Assembly: GCA_040285855.1 (NCBI GenBank)
Contig: JAUFOQ010000002.1
Span: 2,852,001 to 2,916,000, forward strand
Direction: 5' to 3'
Length of the DNA stretch: 64,000 nucleotides
From: Eukaryota sp. GEM-RC1
Lineage: Eukaryota
The translations under genes were made by a program, and so were the position numbers. Position 1 is the first letter of the stretch. Each line of letters opens with the position of its first letter. Positions 21,574 through 34,825 of the stretch are shown piece by piece. The notes beneath the pieces are model-generated. The model saw nothing but the letters and a program-made list of their open reading frames with translations, was not told the origin of the DNA and did no database searches.

Positions 21574-22776
21574 ATGACTTGCCGACTTATACCCAGTCTT
21601 ACTGCAATGGATTTGTCTATCGGACAATCTAGTTTACTCCCACCAATGAATGTTTCTCCCAAACAATCAGAATCCAAAGTCTTGTCGTTCCGAGGTTCTG
21701 CTCCTTCTGCACCTGCAGGATCGCTGAATCACAATAGAGTGGTTTACTCCCAGAGCCGTGTTTCGAACCACACCACTCGTCAATCAGCAAGAAGACTTCC
21801 TACTGAACCCGATCGAACTCTAGATGCTCCTGGTTTCACCAATGACTACTATCTCAACTTGATTGACTATTCCAAGTCTAATGTTCTTGCTGTTGGTCTC
21901 GCCAATGCTGTCTACTTGTGGAATGGATCAACTGGGTCAGTTTCTGAGCTTTGTGTGCTTCCTGAGGGTGATTCCGTTTGCTCTGTCCAATGGACAGCAT
22001 GTGGAAGTCACTTAGCCATTGGAACTGACTCAAATGTCGTCAAGCTTTGGGATGTTGAAAAGCAACGCCAAGTGCGTACTCTTCGTGGTCATGCCGGCAG
22101 AGTCTCTTCTTTGTCTTGGAACAATCACATCCTCTCTTCTGGATCACGTGATTGCTCCATCATCAACCATGACGTGAGAGTTGCTCAACACATCTCTTCT
22201 ACCTTCAGTTACCACCAAGGTGAAATCTGTGGTCTTTCATGGTCCCATGATGGCACTCAATTAGCCTCAGGATCCAATGATAACCACCTTTGCCTCTGGA
22301 ACCTTGATTCAGCTAGTCCTCAACACATCCTTACTGATCACCAAGCTGCAGTCAAGGCCGTTGCCTGGGCACCCTTCCAACGCAATCTCTTAGCTACTGG
22401 TGGTGGTACAGCTGACAGAACCATCAAGATGTGGAATACTGCCACTGGGATGCTATTGGATTCTGTTGACACTGAAAGCCAGGTTTGCTCTATTGTTTGG
22501 TCTCAAAACTCTCGTGAATTGATCTCCTCTCATGGATACCGAAACAATGAGATTAACGTCTGGAAATATCCCTCAATGGTTAAAGTTGGTCAAATGAAGG
22601 GCCACACTGCCCGTGTCTTGAATTTGGCTTTGTCTCCTGATGGTGAAACCCTTGTTTCTGCCGCTGCTGATGAATCTATCCAGTTTTGGAAGGCTTTTGA
22701 ACAGAAGGAAAAGAGTTTTAACAATGATGTTTCTCACGCTCAAAGAGGTGCTCTCCGTGGAATGGTTATTCGGTAA
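21574..22776 (+). CDS. CDC20: APC/C activator CDC20/Fizzy
   Basis: C-box-like CRLIPS, LDAPGFTNDYYLNL, HQAAVKAVAW, LATGGGTADR, SQVCS, C-terminal IR tail. Confidence 0.95.
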   Translation: MTCRLIPSLTAMDLSIGQSSLLPPMNVSPKQSESKVLSFRGSAPSAPAGSLNHNRVVYSQSRVSNHTTRQSARRLPTEPDRTLDAPGFTNDYYLNLIDYSKSNVLAVGLANAVYLWNGSTGSVSELCVLPEGDSVCSVQWTACGSHLAIGTDSNVVKLWDVEKQRQVRTLRGHAGRVSSLSWNNHILSSGSRDCSIINHDVRVAQHISSTFSYHQGEICGLSWSHDGTQLASGSNDNHLCLWNLDSASPQHILTDHQAAVKAVAWAPFQRNLLATGGGTADRTIKMWNTATGMLLDSVDTESQVCSIVWSQNSRELISSHGYRNNEINVWKYPSMVKVGQMKGHTARVLNLALSPDGETLVSAAADESIQFWKAFEQKEKSFNNDVSHAQRGALRGMVIR

Positions 22777-24060
22777 CTTTTCAAGATTTCTGGTTGTTTG
22801 GGATTTTACAAATGAAGTGTTTTTAAACACTCTAGTGGTGTTTTTTAACATCCACAAATTTCTGTATAATTTAGGTGTTTTTTAATACTTGTAGAAGTTT
22901 TAGTTTCTGATTTTAGGTATTTTTGTATTTGGTGTTGTTCAATACCAATTTCCGAGTGTTTTTCAACAGTTCGTGTTTCAGCATTTTGTGCTTGTAAATA
23001 AAAGGTATGTACAACAGTTGTTTTGTAATTATTTGGGTTACATATTTTTTCAAAACTGAATTTGTGATGATATCATAGATGTAAAAGCATAGCTTGAAAT
23101 GAACAGACAGGGGTTTATGATCAGTCAGTGAAATAAATGCATTTGCAGAAGTTAAATTAACATTACCACTAATTTCCTCATTTTAAAGATGAATCTGTAC
23201 GACTATTAAAGTATCATTCGTGATTTGTTTCCAAGCCTTACATGTCAAGTTAGCAGGTTGTATAGCTCTGTCGTATCATTCAAGAAAATGAAAAACTGTC
23301 GAAATCCCAGTAGTATATGTAATGTAATGATATTTTGACACAGAAAAGGATTGTTCCAACTTTCCTATTTTTCTAACATTGTGGACATGGTAGAAACAAT
23401 AGTTGAGTTTCTTCTTCATAACTTCAAGGTACGACAAAAAGTCGGCAGTGACAAGTATATTTATCTATTACTCAATACTGCTCTCCAATGGTTCATCGAG
23501 TGTATACAGACACTATACATTTAGCAGTCTTGTAAAGTTTTGGTTGAAACTCCCAATGATTCCTAGTGGTCTTGGAGTATTTCCATTCCTATAATGGAAA
23601 CGTTTCCGAAAAACAGAATTGGGAGTCAACAAACAACTTGATTATTCAAAAAAAATAACAGATTTTGAATGTGCGTAAGTACATTTAAATTATGAGTCAG
23701 TGAATGTCTAAAATTCTTCAAAAACGGAGTACCTTACTGTTGTCTTAAAATTGAATCCAGAAATTGGTTTTGGTGACTTCGGTTTCACATTCAACGTGGA
23801 GTACTTGTTATACGCATTTATACTTTCGAAATAAGCTACTTGAGAACTTTGTGAATATTGTTTGGAGAATATATTTTACTACATGTAGTAGTACATTATT
23901 GGTGACACTTGCTCTTGGAAAATTAGAAATTGTGGATTTGATTATTGACTTCGATTTCCAATAATTTGTTATCACTTGGAAGTCATTGTGAAGTTAAGGC
24001 GGTATAATACTAGTATTTACATAATGAGAATTTGGACTTTAAGGATATTGATCAATACTA

Positions 24061-24619
24061 CACTCTTCACAACAATTAGTCTGAATCAGACGAATTATGT
24101 ATGTCCATTGAAACATTACCAAACAATAATTTGTTTGATTCAGAGTAATTAGTGATTCAGACTAATAAATGTCTCGGAAAATTAGTCTGAATCAGAGTAA
24201 TTATGAATATTCATATTTAGTCTGAATCAATATCCCAAACACAAAAACTATCTTGATCCTCAAATCATGTTATGTCTTCATAAATGTTATGTTATACATC
24301 AGGATCGTTGTTGGTACCTTAAATAGAAGTATAAGACCGAAGAAATTGAGAAACAGGACTGATCGGCCATCGAAGTACCTCTTCAAAATTGATTAGTGAC
24401 CGAATTGTCTTCCAAACAAGTGCCAATAATGCATGACACGGGCTGTATATGGAAATTCAACCAAAGTGTCTCGAAAGAAAAGTGAAAAAAGGGATATATA
24501 ACACAATTTTGCTCAAAAGTATTGGATACTCCTAAGGTGGTCAAACAATAATTAGTTTGATTCAGACTAATAAGTGATTCAGACTAATTTTGAATTCAGA
24601 CTAATTGTTGTGAAGAGTG
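24061..24619. mobile_element. Tc1/mariner-type MITE
   Basis: Perfect TIR cactcttcacaacaattagtctgaat, TA duplication (24059-60, 24620-21), internal repeats of attagtctgaatca. Confidence 0.88.
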
Positions 24620-25399
24620 TAGCATTAGTAATTCTATTAGTAATTTGTTCTGAAGATAGGACCTTTTACAAAGTATCGGTCCAATAACTACCATAGCTGT
24701 TTTCATACAATAGCAAAACCCTCATGTCTGTTGTCAACAAATTTTTGCCGACGAAAGGAAAGTGTCACCATTTTTTCGCAATGTTTCAACAGTAGATCCA
24801 AGTGCTCAAACTTATGTTAACGGATTAAATGCAAAGGTTTCATTCACCTAGAAACAGCCTAAAAACGTAAAATTGATTTGTATTCCAAAGATGTTTCTAA
24901 ACTCAATCAAAAAGTATCTTCAAAATTTGTATTTTTCCATTTGCTATTTCTATTTTTGTTAGTATTGGTGAAATGGCTTCTCAGTTTTTAACTGATTTTG
25001 GATCTATGTGTAAGTCTCAGAGTAAGAGATTTAAGTTATCAATTTGGCACAACCGTTTGATTTATTCTTTGTTCCGTTCGATACCTCAGTTTTATAAATC
25101 AATCACAACAAAGCTGTATAAAAACTGTGGTACTGTTGACGAACAATTTTCTGTGTCTAGTGTTTCTTAGCTTCTTTTATGATGTGTTTTTTTGTACCCT
25201 TCAACGATAAACTGTTTTCGTCGAAAACCAAAATTCTGAAAGATTATAGTGTTTGTCACCTCATTTTTGCACAACTGTTTTGTGCAAGAGATTAATAAAC
25301 AGTTTTATTCATGATAAGGACAAACATATAGTAAATTATATATATTTTAACACTGTTTTTTATTGACAACAACACTACAGTGTACATCCATCTAACAAT

Positions 25400-25700
25400 C
25401 AATATCCTCAAAGTCTAGATTACCTATCTGGAAATTCTCACCAACCTTATCCTCATAATGTCTGCCAAGAGATAATAAAGCGCTAGATACTGAACACAAT
25501 TCGCAAACACAATTCGATTTTTCCAAAATCTAAGATCAAAAGTCGTAGATGGTTTTTCTTTAACAATCTTCACAAAGATTTCAAGTAATGAGGTTGCCAA
25601 TTCACCTAAAGAACCCTACAGTGAAAATACAAAAGGGTACAACAAGTAATTCGACTGTGAAACCGAATTCAATAATTTCAATTTTCCATTACATTTTTCA
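25400..25700 (-). mobile_element. 3' fragment of an RLE-type non-LTR retrotransposon
   Basis: YPFVFSL*GSLG...FWKNRIVF, similar to the fragments at 48631-48957 and 49382-49627. Confidence 0.6.
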
Positions 25701-25999
25701 CCAATGAATAAAGGGTTTGTAGCATTAGATTTAGCAAGTTTCTTGTTGGAATCATTACAAACATCGATAGACATAACATCAGCAATAATGAATGATCCAT
25801 TAAGACCAGGAATATTCAGTATATTATACAGTATACAAAAGTTACCCGACCAACAGTACCACATTTCTCAACATAACTTGCAACAATGTGTTTCAAACCA
25901 ACGAAGGATAAATGATGTCAGCTCAAGTCACGAATGTTCTGATGTTCAAAGTGTCAGACTTTGTCAAACTATTTTTGAACCTGAATTTTGGTCCTTTCC

Positions 26000-26809
26000 A
26001 TGGACGCTTCTCAATTTCAATCAACACCTGAGTGTCCCTACTACCAGAATGTCGATCGAGCACACACTACTACGCTAGGTAGAGACAATTGTTCACCATC
26101 AAGATGTCCTAGTTGTCCTCACAGACACAGTTGCGCTCGAACGCAACTTGTTCCCACTTCCACTCCCAATCCTCATGCACTTGTTTATCCGTATCTCAAC
26201 AATCTTGAAGGAGGTAATTATTGCTACTATGTTGTTTCAACTCCACATCAACAAATTCCATACGCTGTTCCGATTTACCATGGCCAAGACTCTAACTACA
26301 TGATGCCTCCATTTAGCCAGCCCTGTCCCACCTCGGCCGCATCTCGTTTTATTGGGCCACAACAGAACGCTGCTTCTTTCCGCCGAAGAGGTCGTCCTCC
26401 AAAGGAAATCCCATTTGATGTTCTCAAGCAATTGGTTGATCAAGGTAAGACTCAGGACGAAATCCTAACATCTCTAAGACAAGATGGAATGAAGGTATCC
26501 TCGTCCACTCTTAAGCGTCGTCTTGCAAAGGCTGGACTTTCCACTCGATTGGTTGGCCGAAAGGATAGCTTTATGCCTAAACCTACTTCTACTTTCGTGT
26601 CTGCTGGCACGCCTTCAGTTTCTGCTTCTTCTCTCTTCAATCCTCTTCATGAGTCAAACCACAAGTTGAAGTCTGAACCTCTGCACTCTTTTACCTCCTC
26701 AACATTGGATGATGAATCTTTTGTGGCTCTCAATGTTGGAGATGAAGATAAAATATCATGTTCTTTTGATGATATAAGCTTGTCTGGATTTGGAAACGAT
26801 TTTTATTAG
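26000..26809 (+). CDS. Putative DNA-binding protein (AT-hook plus Clr5-like HTH)
   Basis: RRRGRPPK, then GKTQDEILTSLRQDGMKVSSSTLKRRLAKAGL. Confidence 0.6.
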   Translation: MDASQFQSTPECPYYQNVDRAHTTTLGRDNCSPSRCPSCPHRHSCARTQLVPTSTPNPHALVYPYLNNLEGGNYCYYVVSTPHQQIPYAVPIYHGQDSNYMMPPFSQPCPTSAASRFIGPQQNAASFRRRGRPPKEIPFDVLKQLVDQGKTQDEILTSLRQDGMKVSSSTLKRRLAKAGLSTRLVGRKDSFMPKPTSTFVSAGTPSVSASSLFNPLHESNHKLKSEPLHSFTSSTLDDESFVALNVGDEDKISCSFDDISLSGFGNDFY

Positions 26810-27260
26810 TGTATATGTTTATATAGTGTTTATCAAAACTACATTATAATTATTGCAGCAATGTGGTGTTTTGGTTGTTGTGAAGCTGCCTGCTGGTTTA
26901 AGTAGAGTTAATTTCTGTTGAACTAATGTTTCCGATAAAAACTTCTTACACTTAATTTACGTGGCATACTACTGTAAGAGCATCACATGTTAAGTTATAG
27001 GAATTAATTTTGCGATGAGGTTCATGCTAGTCATCTGTGTTGTCCATTGGCAAACAATAAGCGTAATTATGTTGTTGCTAGAGCTGTTTGCTTCATACAT
27101 TAGGCACTATTTTTGGGTAACTTTCACCTTGCCGACCAGTAATAGGTTTGGGTTAGTATCATGTTACATCATGTGAATCTTCTGTGAAAAGAGTGTAGAA
27201 AAACGTGTTTTTGCACGTGTTAACACGCTAGAAAATTTCTAACAAAACTCTCTTTCATAC

Positions 27261-27482
27261 ATGCTGACAATCTTTGTCAACGACCGAGTGGGAAGGAAAC
27301 TTCGTGTTCTCTGCAATACTGATGATACTATAGGTGATCTTAAAAAGATCATTGCAGCCAAAACTGGAACCCGCCCTGAATCTTTGCGGTTACAGAAGTG
27401 GTATCAAGTATATCAGGACCAGATCACTCTGGAAGATTATGAAGTGCACTCAGGCTTCAACTTTGAGCTATATTACATTTGA
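27261..27482 (+). CDS. UBL5: Ubiquitin-like protein 5 / Hub1
   Basis: [32 protein letters not shown]...ELYY, 73 aa. Confidence 0.95.
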   Translation: MLTIFVNDRVGRKLRVLCNTDDTIGDLKKIIAAKTGTRPESLRLQKWYQVYQDQITLEDYEVHSGFNFELYYI

Positions 27483-27784
27483 ATCCTCTTCTTGTATCTC
27501 CTGAATTTATGGAATCTCCTGTTTTCCTTTACTTGTTGTTGTCATGCTTAATCTTATGACAGTCTCTCTTGCTTACCGTTGACAAAGGATCGTTTTGATA
27601 TGAAGACGCTCTCGTTAAGCACTGGCTCGTGAAGCCACCCTCAATGTTCACCGTTTCTCAACTGATTATGCATTCTTATATCTATCAAGTTCTACATTTT
27701 CAATTCTCAATAAAATCTATAAATATATTCAGTTTTAACCAATCAATTTTCTTCTATTCTATTACTATGTTTAATCCCAGCCCT

Positions 27785-30697
27785 TCAACTACGATCCTTA
27801 ACTTTAATTTCAGATCGTTTCTTGGCCTCCTTTAAAGATCTAATTTGTCCAACATTCACAGCCCTCACATTAAACGAAACAAAGTTAGAAATACAACACC
27901 CGAAAGCTTTAGATAGATCATTAAAATGACGTGGAATTAATCCTAAACAGAAATTGAACTTTGACGATTGATCTGTTAATTGAGAAGCAGAAAATGGAAA
28001 TGAAAACTCAAAATTAAAAACTGTCGCATCACAACAATTCATTGTCGTGAGCTCATCAATAGAGATCAATTGTGAGTGACGGTATAATCGTGCATTGAGA
28101 ACTAAAGGAGAAGTAGAAGTCTGGGACGAAATACCCACAAACTTTGAAGGAATTAAATTATTCAAATATTTTAATTTGGAGAGAAATTTTGGGGTGAAAA
28201 GGCAACTGAGTTTGATGATTGCGCCGATTTTTTTGGTGAAAGTGATGTCAGAATTAAAGTATGCAGAAATTTTAACAGGGCTCTGATCGGAGAAACTATA
28301 ATTTTTAAATATTTGGACGAAATCAGAACTTTGATCGGGAAGCCAGAATTTAAAGCCAGATAAAATCGTTGCAAAATCAATGTCAACCTCAGAAATTGGT
28401 CGTGAAGACTCAAAATCAGGAAAAACAGACGCAAACATTCCCAAATTATTTAAATATTTAGAAATATTTGCGAAATCATGTGCAAAGTCAATCCATCTAC
28501 AACAAACCCCCAAAACACAAAATACTTGGTAAAAATACAACAATTCCTGGAAAAAAGTCGATGATTCGACGTTAATTTCAAAGAAAAACAGCACTCTAGT
28601 AATTAAATGGTGAAGATTCAACAATGAGGTGGCAACAAACTTACAAAGAGAACGATGAGAGAAATTGGAATCGGAAGAATGTAATTTCTTTGAAAATTTA
28701 ACCAAAACTTCATAGAAATTGAACAAAATTAAAAATTCTTGCGGAATACTTGACATTCCATGAGAAACTAAATTGTGTTTGGTATGAGTTATACAGTTTT
28801 CAAGACTTTTAAAATTATCAAGACAAAGACGATCAACCGAAATACTTTCATAATAATTTAAAAAGTATCGTGTAACTTCCTGTTGTCTCTCCTTGACTTT
28901 TTGAAATTTCAATAAACATTTCAAATTACTAAAAAATTTCCAAACAATATCGGAGACATCAATTTGAGACACAAAAGTTTCAAATATTTTAAATAATTCG
29001 AGTACAGTCGACTTTGGCAAAGAATTATCCATTTCACGTACAGCAAACCCCAGTTTTATATTCTCCAACACTTTTGGATATGTAGATACCTGACTAATCA
29101 AATTGTCAATGGAATTCCTCAAAAACCCAATCAAAACACACGTAATCATAGCAGTATGAACTTTGCTTTGAATTGGACCAGTCAACAACGACTCCAATAC
29201 TGTAATCATCAACGTCATATCCGGATCTAAACTTTGTAATCTCGAAACAATCAAAACTGATTGATTACGAATTGACTGATACCTATCATGATGACACGTA
29301 ATCGCACCCTTTAAAGTTGACATCAACACACTTTCCGAAACCAGCTTGGAGTCGATTGAATAATTCACAAGTAATTTCCGAGTGTAAAAAAGACCTTCAA
29401 CTCTAACTAAATGGTTCAAATCTCCAAACATTTGAGATAACAAAATAAAAGAAAGATTTAAAACAAAGTCATAATCCACACAAAGAGTGTAGATCAAATT
29501 ACACGTGGCAATTCTGACCCTGAAATCTTGCTCATTAATTCCATCAAAAACTAGACCTGATATAGATGTTGATGAGAGGTTTGTTAGAGTGGGGAAAAGG
29601 TGTCCAAATGGACGGGAAATTGTTTCATCATCAATCTTAGTAAAAATAATAGATTCAGGTGGTTTGCTCTGCTTCTTTTTGACATGATGATTTGATTTTT
29701 GAACTAAAGAAATGTTCATAAACTGCAGAGCCTCAGGTAGAACTAACTTACTTGGAGGTGCAACTACTGGAGCAAGCATTGCATCAACAACAAAGGGGGA
29801 AATACCTTTGAGAGGGAAAGTGGAAAGAGCACGTATGCAATCAAATTTGATTGAGCTGACGTGTTCCATGAAAATCGACTTGGCAGCTTCGATAATGAAG
29901 AATTCAATTAGTCTAGAGTTTTCTTTAACAATGTATGGATCGAATTTTAATAAATTTTCAAATAATAGAACAGCTGAATGTCGAATAAATGGAGACGGAC
30001 TGTTAAGCATTGATTTAATATCAACCAAGTCAAAACAATCAAGCATGAACGGAATCAAAAATGATTGCTTAGAACACGTCACCAAAGAATTGATTGCAGA
30101 TCTTCTAGAAGGATGATGGAAAGATCGAGACAAAGTGAACAATTGCTGTAATGAAGATGAAACGTGACCAGAGAGCGAGGGATCCGGTGGTACTATCCTA
30201 CTGATGAATACTAGAAGAGATGTAGAAAGAGAGGCTAAAGAGGGAAGGATATTGGAATGGGGAGGGAGAGTAGAGAAGAAGTGAGCGATACAAGAGAAGA
30301 TGGGAAGGAAAGCTGCTGGATCAGGGGTATTGGGTGGTGAGTGGTTGGAAAGGAAGAAAGTAAGCGAAGAGAAAAGATGGGGGATAAGCTGCTGAGGTGC
30401 AGAACGAAGAGCAGAACCTATGTGAGGGACGAAGGAGATGTCCTTTGATAAAACGGCAGCCATTGATCGGATCTTCCACAAAAGAGATTGATATGAAATC
30501 GATAAACTAGGATCTTTCAAATAATCTACAGAAGCCACAGCTGCCTTTCCCAAAATGCATTGCGGGACTTGTGATATAGGAACAGAATATAGAAGATTTA
30601 CAGTACGTGCAATTGACGACTGCAAAGGTAACTGTATAAAGCTATCTAATCTGTCTTCTAGAATAGTTGTTACATTATGGGTTGTCTCCTCCAACAT
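27785..30697 (-). CDS. HEAT/ARM-repeat protein, Integrator subunit 4-like
   Basis: SGLVFDGINEQDFRVRIAT...LSQMFGDLNHLVRVEGL resembles the INTS4 core HEAT repeats. 970 aa. Confidence 0.55.
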   Translation of the reverse strand: MLEETTHNVTTILEDRLDSFIQLPLQSSIARTVNLLYSVPISQVPQCILGKAAVASVDYLKDPSLSISYQSLLWKIRSMAAVLSKDISFVPHIGSALRSAPQQLIPHLFSSLTFFLSNHSPPNTPDPAAFLPIFSCIAHFFSTLPPHSNILPSLASLSTSLLVFISRIVPPDPSLSGHVSSSLQQLFTLSRSFHHPSRRSAINSLVTCSKQSFLIPFMLDCFDLVDIKSMLNSPSPFIRHSAVLLFENLLKFDPYIVKENSRLIEFFIIEAAKSIFMEHVSSIKFDCIRALSTFPLKGISPFVVDAMLAPVVAPPSKLVLPEALQFMNISLVQKSNHHVKKKQSKPPESIIFTKIDDETISRPFGHLFPTLTNLSSTSISGLVFDGINEQDFRVRIATCNLIYTLCVDYDFVLNLSFILLSQMFGDLNHLVRVEGLFYTRKLLVNYSIDSKLVSESVLMSTLKGAITCHHDRYQSIRNQSVLIVSRLQSLDPDMTLMITVLESLLTGPIQSKVHTAMITCVLIGFLRNSIDNLISQVSTYPKVLENIKLGFAVREMDNSLPKSTVLELFKIFETFVSQIDVSDIVWKFFSNLKCLLKFQKVKERQQEVTRYFLNYYESISVDRLCLDNFKSLENCITHTKHNLVSHGMSSIPQEFLILFNFYEVLVKFSKKLHSSDSNFSHRSLCKFVATSLLNLHHLITRVLFFFEINVESSTFFQELLYFYQVFCVLGVCCRWIDFAHDFANISKYLNNLGMFASVFPDFESSRPISEVDIDFATILSGFKFWLPDQSSDFVQIFKNYSFSDQSPVKISAYFNSDITFTKKIGAIIKLSCLFTPKFLSKLKYLNNLIPSKFVGISSQTSTSPLVLNARLYRHSQLISIDELTTMNCCDATVFNFEFSFPFSASQLTDQSSKFNFCLGLIPRHFNDLSKAFGCCISNFVSFNVRAVNVGQIRSLKEAKKRSEIKVKDRS

Positions 30698-30764
30698 TGA
30701 TTAATTGGGGATGGGAAATGTTAATTAAGAACTAGAAGAAGAAACATTTTCCGTCATCATCAAA

Positions 30765-32820
30765 ATGTCTGAAGACCTGGATTTATCTCAAGAGACTCCT
30801 AGGCCGAATAGAGCTGAAGCTCTCATACAAAAGCATCAGCTCAGTGTCCAACTATCATCTCCAAAACTATCTTCCCCTTCAAAAGTTGGTCTTTCAGACG
30901 AAGCTCTCTTAAACTCGTTATTAACTTCTCTTAGAGATACCTCTAGTCATTGGTTCAATCGACTCACCGCATTACGTAAACTTCAAACTCTTCTAAAATC
31001 CTCATCAATCAATGTTTCTTCCCACGCTATACCCATCTTTAACGTCATTCTCCTTCAGTTTGAAGAAGCCAGACATTCTCTTACTCAATCTGCACTCCTT
31101 ACCCTCTCTTCCTTGGCTGAAGTCCTCCAAACTGACTTCCCTCCCCATAGTCTCTCCCCACATCCCCTCCATACTATCTCTCTGTCGCAATACAGAAGCT
31201 GAATCCGTTGTCTCCAATGCTTCACTCACTATCCGTAACATAATCCAAGCATGTTCTATCAATGAACAAATCCTTTCAACACTCTTCTCCTGTATCTCTG
31301 GGACTGATGTACCAGCTGCTAAGGAGGCCTGTTCCCATGGACTAGTATCTGCAATCAGAACTGGACTGGAACGTCATTTCTTGGATGGAATCATTAAATG
31401 GTTGAGATCATCTTCTGATTTTGAAACTTGCCCTTTTAAGAAACCAGTTTTTATGACTTTGGTTGACTCTGGACTGTGGATTGATCCGAATGAGGATCAA
31501 AATGACACGTTTAGTTTTGACCTTGATGACGAACCAGAGCCGATGATTGCAGACGCCGTGGTGGAAACTGTTGTTCAAACTGATAATGACGATTTTCATC
31601 CTTTAAAAGAAGTAGTTAGTGAAGTTGTTGTTGAAGAACCAGTATTAGCACAAGAGGAGGTTGAGAAGGAACCTGAAGTTGTTGTTCATGAAGAGCAAAC
31701 AGTGTTGCTACCGAAAAAGGAAAGTGTTGACGTGAGTGTTAATGAGGTGATTAAGGATAAAGCACCCGAACCTCATCAGCAAAGCAATCAGCAAGTGTCC
31801 AATCAAACAGTGTGGGAGTCGAAGTACAATCAAGAGGTCAGATTCAGAGTTGAGCTCCAGGACATACTTTCCCAATACGAAGCTACTCTCACATCAGTTA
31901 TTGATCAACAAAACGAATTCGTGGCGTTAAATTTAAAAAATCTTTTATGCGAGAATTCTGATCTCACCTCGCGATATAACGAATTAGAACTTAATTTCAA
32001 ACAACTAAGTCTTCGTTATGAAGAACTCAAAAAGCTCGTAGTCTCACTCAAAAGAATGAACAATCACTCACAGCTCAATTATCCGAAAGTATTAGCTCCA
32101 AAGATTCGCTTGAAAGTAAATACCTAACACTCAAAGAGAAGGCAGAAGGAGCTCTTTCTGAAGCCAGGAGCAGTACTGACGTGTATAAGCAAAGAGAGGG
32201 GGGTGTTGAAGGGACGAATTAATGAGTTGGAAGGTGTTTTGAGTGAGAAGGATGGTGAGGTGGCAAAGGTTAATAGAAGTGTTGCAGTGTTGGAGAAGAA
32301 AATTCAACAGTTGACTGACATGAATGAGAAGTTGTTAGGTGAAAAGTCTGAGTTAGAAATGGAAACTTCAAAGAAATTAGAAGAAAATCAATCGTATAAG
32401 GCTCAGGTTCAATCAAAGGATGATATGATTAATGATCTACAGGGTCAAATTCAATCACAATCAAGTAGGAGTCAGCAATTATCCCTTCAAATCACCAGTC
32501 TGGAATCAAAACTTTCCGCAACAGAGCAAACCCTGCAGATACAACAACAGGAATTACTCTCAGTACGACATCTACAAGACGAGAATGCTAAGCTAAAAGG
32601 CCGTCTTTTTGATTCAATGGAAAAGATTAAAGAGTTGGAAACTAGTTCAACTGTTGATAGCGATGCTTCTCCTTTGGCCTCTTCCTTGCAGCAGCAGTTG
32701 AAGGCCAAGGAGGATGAATGTCAGCAGTTGTTTATCATGTGTGAGAATATAGTGAAGGAAATGGAGGAAACAACTAGAAAGAACAAGGTTTTGGAAGAAA
32801 AGCTAAATGTAATGAGCTAA
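30765..32820 (+). CDS. TOG/CLASP-like HEAT N-terminus plus TACC-like coiled coil (2 frameshifts)
   Basis: WFNRLTALRKLQ HEAT start; ELQDILSQYEATL, LSLRYEELKK, KEDECQQLFIMCENIV. Shifts at ~31145 and ~32055. Confidence 0.55.
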
Positions 32821-34639
32821 GTTTTTGTGACTAGTTCATTTTGTAAAATGTTTTGGTGTTTTTACCGGTTTTTGTATTTTTTATTATGATGATAAATGAG
32901 GTTTTCCACAATATTTTAATTCTTTGTGACCAGTTATCAGATTTCAGACAGCTTCTCATTTATCTAATGTACTAGGATTTTTTCACGGAGTGACTGAGAT
33001 CTCGATCAGGAGGAACTATTGTGGTCTTCATGTTGGTTCAGAATATGGTAAGAATTTGTAGGAAGTGTATCTGTTTGGGTACCGTATAAAGTCTTTATAT
33101 TGGTACAAAAGTTCAACAATGTTGACTTGCTAAGTCATTTGAGTCTTTTTCACAGAAAAATACTTGTATTTGAAGAGAGAGTTCACTATTCTGCTTACAT
33201 TATTCTGTTTTATGTGTTTCAACTTGAGAATTTGAAAGATGAATGTAATGATGTGATTAGTATTGGTGATGAAAGCAACTTTCATTACTTAGAAACTCTA
33301 ATGAAAATTTTGAAACCGTGCTTTTTCTAGTAGTTGATGCTCTCTCCTTTAAAACAAAGCCTCTTGTTTTTAATCTAGTTGGAGGAAAGTATTGAACTTT
33401 CTGTCATTATGTACAAATGTTGGACTAACATACTCTTAAATGTAACCCTTCCATTCCGTACAGGTTATGAATTGTTTATAACAAATATTAATGATTCCTA
33501 ATGTGTGATGAGACTCACCAATGCAGAAACACTACTAGTACTATCACGGACAAATTATTAATAAATTGTTAATTGTATCGTTCAGGACGTTCCAGCAGTT
33601 AAAGCCATGTAACTAACTTCGATCTCTGCAATACAACTGAGGTACACTGTTTGTGTGCTGCTACCATGTTCACTGATACAACAAAACGATATCAATCAGC
33701 ATACACGAAGATCCTATTGTGAGTAAACGGCTGTTCTAATAGAGTTTATAAAGGTTGTATCACGAGGCTACTTCAATGATGGAAATGCTCTCAGAACTAC
33801 GTCTGTTTAGATCTTATACTCCATTAAGGATGATCAGATCGGTGGACTTCAAGTAATATTGTTCTTGCTGTAAACTCATTATCGACAAAGTGCACAGTAA
33901 CAGAAAAAGAGGACTTATACTCATATGTTTGGTGTTAGATAAACTAAAGATGAGATGCTGGAGAGAAATGCAGCAGTCAGAGATCTAATTTCATCGATCG
34001 TACAAGCATTTTAACTACTTTATTCCCTTGCAAAGTCGAACTGAAAACCAAGAGTTCAAAGAAGTCGATCAGGTTGAACTACAAGTGATTTGCAGGTTAT
34101 GAGCTTCATGAAAATATTTATTAATCTGGACTGTTTTTTGCGGTGAATACTTGAGAAATTGGTGCATTTTTTCGTCTGTTTATTTGAGGTTGACTGGAGT
34201 TCTGAGACTTTACATGATTGGATACTGAATCAATTCTACCTGAAGTAACATTTCTTACATGCAAAGTTTGCACCCTATTCCTATGGCCACACCATTCAAG
34301 AAGAATGTATAGTATTTGAAGGGGTGTAACACGTTTGATCGTTTCGACTTTCTTGTTGGATCTTTAATTACTTTATACAAACATAATAAGCACGATGTTG
34401 ACAAATTCTACTTTTAAGCATACTTGGAAAATACAAATACATGTGCTGTATTTTTTTTGTATTTTTGTATTTTTGTAGTTTCTCAGACTCAATAAATGCT
34501 GTATTTTTTGTATTTTTTTATGCTAAATTAATACTGTATTTTCTGTATTTTTATGGACACTGGAAAATGGTTCTCTACTGAATTTCTGGTTCGCCATCTG
34601 GAAATAAATCTGACCACAAATTGGAGTCAAGATTATTAA

Positions 34640-34825
34640 CCTCTTCCGCAAAAATTTGGGCCGGAAAATTCGGTGATTTTTCAGCAGTTAAAACTATTTA
34701 CCCATCTTTTTTCGGTCCAAATGAATAATAGTGGAATTTACACATGCAGTACAATTTCCCTATCTTTTTTCGCCACCATCTTTTTCGCCACCACTATTAT
34801 TCGGCCCAAATTTTTGCAGAAGAGG
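34640..34825. mobile_element. piggyBac-type MITE
   Basis: TIR cctctt(c/c)(c/t)gcaaaaatttgggccg matching 23/24, flanked by TTAA at 34636-39 and 34826-29. Confidence 0.85.
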
